Shown: piece after piece, positions 61,334-64,000 of the stretch
How the letters are laid out: each line of letters opens with the position of its first letter
How positions within the stretch are numbered: position 1 is the stretch's first letter
NCBI GenBank assembly: GCA_964595565.1
Contig: CAZQQX010000002.1
Span: forward strand, 3,502-67,501
Direction: 5' to 3'
DNA length: 64,000 nucleotides
Origin: an uncultured Actinomycetota bacterium
Lineage (GTDB): Bacteria; Actinomycetota; Humimicrobiia; Humimicrobiales; Humimicrobiaceae
Translations under genes and position numbers: made by a program
Notes under the pieces: generated by a model
Seen by the model: only the letters and a program-made list of their open reading frames with translations
Databases searched by the model: none
What the model was told of the DNA's origin: nothing

Positions 61334-62680
61334 ATGAATTTATTTGAGCAGATTAAAACCGGCGAGACCGGCGATATCATATCCAGCATACCACTTGCCG
61401 ACAGGATGAGGCCATTAACTCTGGATGAATTTGTCGGGCAAAAACATCTGGTGGGAAAAGGTAAAATTTTAACCGGAATTATAGAAAAAGACAGGTTACA
61501 TTCCATAATATTCTGGGGGCCTCCCGGTTCAGGAAAAACTACTCTGGCCAGAATCATTGCAGAGAAAACCAAAAGCAGATTTATATCATTTTCTGCAGTT
61601 ACCTCTGGAATAAAGCAGATAAAAGAAATCATGGAGATAGCAGGTTATAATAAGAAGGTACATAATATAAAAACCATATTATTTGTTGATGAAATTCACC
61701 GCTTCAACAAGGCCCAGCAGGATGCTTTCCTTCCATTTGTTGAAAAGGGAACCATAATTTTAATTGGAGCCACAACTGAAAATCCATCTTTTGAAGTTAA
61801 TTCCGCACTTCTTTCCAGAACAAAAATTTTTGTGCTTAACAGGTTATCATCTGAAGATATAAAAACATTAATAAAAAGAGCAATAACTGACAGAGAAAGA
61901 GGTCTGGGAAAATGTACCATAAAAATCAGTGAAGACACTATTGATTTTATCAGTCAATCTTCAGATGGGGATGCAAGAGTTGCCTACAATATACTTGAAC
62001 TGGCCGTTAGTGCATATTCAAATCGGGACAGTCGCAAAACACTAAAAATAGATAAAGCTCTTGTTGAAAACGTAATACAGAAAAAAGCACTCCTCTATGA
62101 TAAAAACGGTGAGGAACATTTCAACCTCATTTCAGCTGTCCACAAAAGCCTGCGTGACAGTGACTCCGATGCAGCAGTTTACTGGACAGTAAGAATGCTT
62201 GAGAGCGGTGAGGACCCGCTTTATATAATAAGAAGACTGGTGAGATTTGCATCTGAAGACATCGGCCTTGCAGACCCCAATGCGCTGAATGTAACAATAT
62301 CAGCCAGGCAGAGTTTTGAATTTATCGGTCCTCCGGAAGGATATCTGGCCATCATAGAAGCAGTGATTTATCTTGCCCTGGCTCCAAAGAGTAACTCGGT
62401 GTATACAACTTATAAAAAGGTTAAATCCGATGTTGAAGAATTTGGGGCACTCCCCGTTCCCTATCATATACGAAACGCTCCCACAGGACTTATGAAAGAT
62501 ATAGGTTATGGTAAAGGATATAAATATGCACATAACTACGCTGATGCAATAGTCAGTCAGGTTCACCTTCCTGACAGGCTGTTGTCAAAGAAATATTATA
62601 ATCCTTCAAACAGAGGGTTTGAAAAAGAACTTTTGGATAGAATTAAAAAGATTGATATATTAAAGAAAAAACAGAAATAA
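61334..62680 (+). CDS. rarA: replication-associated recombination protein A (AAA+ ATPase)
   Basis: 448 aa; [20 protein letters not shown], MgsA C-terminal domain. Confidence 0.9.
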   Translation: MNLFEQIKTGETGDIISSIPLADRMRPLTLDEFVGQKHLVGKGKILTGIIEKDRLHSIIFWGPPGSGKTTLARIIAEKTKSRFISFSAVTSGIKQIKEIMEIAGYNKKVHNIKTILFVDEIHRFNKAQQDAFLPFVEKGTIILIGATTENPSFEVNSALLSRTKIFVLNRLSSEDIKTLIKRAITDRERGLGKCTIKISEDTIDFISQSSDGDARVAYNILELAVSAYSNRDSRKTLKIDKALVENVIQKKALLYDKNGEEHFNLISAVHKSLRDSDSDAAVYWTVRMLESGEDPLYIIRRLVRFASEDIGLADPNALNVTISARQSFEFIGPPEGYLAIIEAVIYLALAPKSNSVYTTYKKVKSDVEEFGALPVPYHIRNAPTGLMKDIGYGKGYKYAHNYADAIVSQVHLPDRLLSKKYYNPSNRGFEKELLDRIKKIDILKKKQK

Positions 62681-62740
62681 TAATTGTGAAAACATCTATA
62701 ATAAATATTATTATAAAACTATGTTAATCTGTTTATTTTT

Positions 62741-63760
62741 CTAGTTATTTTTTATTAATACTTCGGCAATCTGTATTGCATTAAGCGCCGCGCCTTTCCT
62801 CAGCTGGTCCCCTACTACCCACATACTTATTCCGTTTTCTACAGATATGTCCTCTCTTACTCTTCCAACAAATACATAATCCCCGTTTGAGGAGTCAACG
62901 GTAGTAGGATATACCGCATTCTTAAAATCATCCTTTAAAATTAAGCCTTCTCCACTGGCCAGCGCATCTCTTACCGCTTCAGTCTCTATTTTCTTTTCAG
63001 TTTCAATAAGCAGAGACTCAGAATGGGAAGTAAAAACGGGAACCCTTACTGTGGTCGCAGAAATCTTAATATTATCGTTGTTAAAAATTTTGCGGGTTTC
63101 ATAGACCATCTTCATTTCTTCCTTTGTGTAGCCATTATCAAGAAATACATCCACATGGGGAATAACATTAAAGGCTATCTGCACAGGAAAAACTTCGCTT
63201 TTGATATCCTTTTTACCCTCACATATTATATCCCTTGATTGTTTCTCAAGTTCAGCTATAGCCTTTGCGCCTGCCCCGGAAACAGACTGGTATGTAGAAA
63301 CCACTATGCGCCTTATTGGCGACAGGTCATAAATGGGCTTTAAAGCTACTACCATAATAATGGTGGAACAATTAGGATTGGCTATTATACCATTATGCCC
63401 GGTTATTTTATCTTTATTTATTTCAGGAACAATCAGCGGTACATCCTCTTCCATCCTGAATGCACTGCTGTTATCTATTACTACGGAACCACTATCCACC
63501 GCAAATTTTGCAAACTGCCTGGAAGTTAAAGCACCTGCCGAAAAAAGGGCTATATCCACATTGCTAAAAGAGTCCTTCCTTAGTTCCTTTACCTCAAGTT
63601 CTTCACCTTTAAAAAGTATTTTCCTACCTTTAGACCTGTAAGAAGCAAGGGGAACGAGATTTTTTACCGGAAATTTCCTCTCTTCCAGTATTGATAAGAA
63701 TACCTTCCCTACCGCACCTGTTACTCCTGCCACGGCAACATTATATTCCTTGCTGCTCAT
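62741..63760 (-). CDS. asd: aspartate-semialdehyde dehydrogenase
   Basis: 339 aa; NVAVAGVTGAVG NAD-binding N-terminus, catalytic NPNCSTI. Confidence 0.9.
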   Translation of the reverse strand: MSSKEYNVAVAGVTGAVGKVFLSILEERKFPVKNLVPLASYRSKGRKILFKGEELEVKELRKDSFSNVDIALFSAGALTSRQFAKFAVDSGSVVIDNSSAFRMEEDVPLIVPEINKDKITGHNGIIANPNCSTIIMVVALKPIYDLSPIRRIVVSTYQSVSGAGAKAIAELEKQSRDIICEGKKDIKSEVFPVQIAFNVIPHVDVFLDNGYTKEEMKMVYETRKIFNNDNIKISATTVRVPVFTSHSESLLIETEKKIETEAVRDALASGEGLILKDDFKNAVYPTTVDSSNGDYVFVGRVREDISVENGISMWVVGDQLRKGAALNAIQIAEVLIKNN

Positions 63761-63893
63761 ATAAAAACCACCACTTTTTAATTTTTTCAGTTTATATGTT
63801 CAATTTTAAGGGTTAAAGCTTTAAGTGAATGAAGGATATATTAAAACAATATTAAAATAAATACAATAACAACTATTGCCATATTTCCACCTA

Positions 63894-64000
63894 CTATGAT
63901 TCAAGACCAAAACCAGCGTGCAGAGCCTTTACAGCCTCTTTAATCTTGCTTTTCTTAATTACACAGGAAATCCTTATGGGGGAGGTGCTTATCATCTCAA
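63894..64000 (-). CDS. lysC: aspartokinase, C-terminal ACT-domain fragment (gene continues beyond the window end)
   Basis: Minus-strand translation ...EMISTSPIRISCVIKKSKIKEAVKALHAGFGLES* resembles aspartokinase ACT-domain ends; lysC-asd adjacency. Confidence 0.5.
   Translation of the reverse strand, partial: EMISTSPIRISCVIKKSKIKEAVKALHAGFGLES

Overview
This window is an AT-rich (by eye roughly one-third G+C) bacterial chromosomal segment. No rRNA, tRNA or CRISPR array was seen. About 60 of the ~70 genes lie on the minus strand. Gene order follows classic Firmicutes (Bacillus/Clostridia-type) synteny. The first block is lepB<-rplS<-trmD<-rimM<-KH<-rpsP<-ffh<-ftsY<-smc<-rnc<-acpP<-plsX...rpmF. 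It continues coaD<-rsmD<-yloV(fakA-like) with divergent rpmB. Next come rsmB<-fmt<-def<-priA<-metK<-coaBC<-rpoZ<-gmk<-mIHF-like. A complete pyr operon follows (pyrR-pyrB-pyrC-carA-carB-pyrK-pyrD-pyrF-pyrE) with a recognisable PyrR-binding attenuator. The rest of the window holds rluD<-lspA<-ileS, trxA, uppP, tldD/pmbA, purC, mtnP, a pfkB kinase, rarA, asd and the 3' end of lysC. Several things depart from the expected picture. (i) A sigI-rsgI pair sits directly upstream of a lipoprotein serpin whose reading frame is broken in an A5 run. (ii) rsmD has no ATG/GTG/TTG start and seems to initiate at ATT. (iii) An ADP-forming acetyl-CoA synthetase and a stand-alone Pta N-terminal (P-loop+DRTGG) protein occupy the position where fabD/fabG normally sit between plsX and rpmF. 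(iv) The SMC protein is unusually compact (774 aa) with a degenerate hinge. (v) There are archaeal-flavoured small genes: DUF211, a stand-alone THUMP-like protein, and a COG1470/NEW3 surface protein with an ABC-2 transporter. I found no clearly novel multi-gene defence or mobile system. The most system-like candidate is the sigI-rsgI-serpin cassette.
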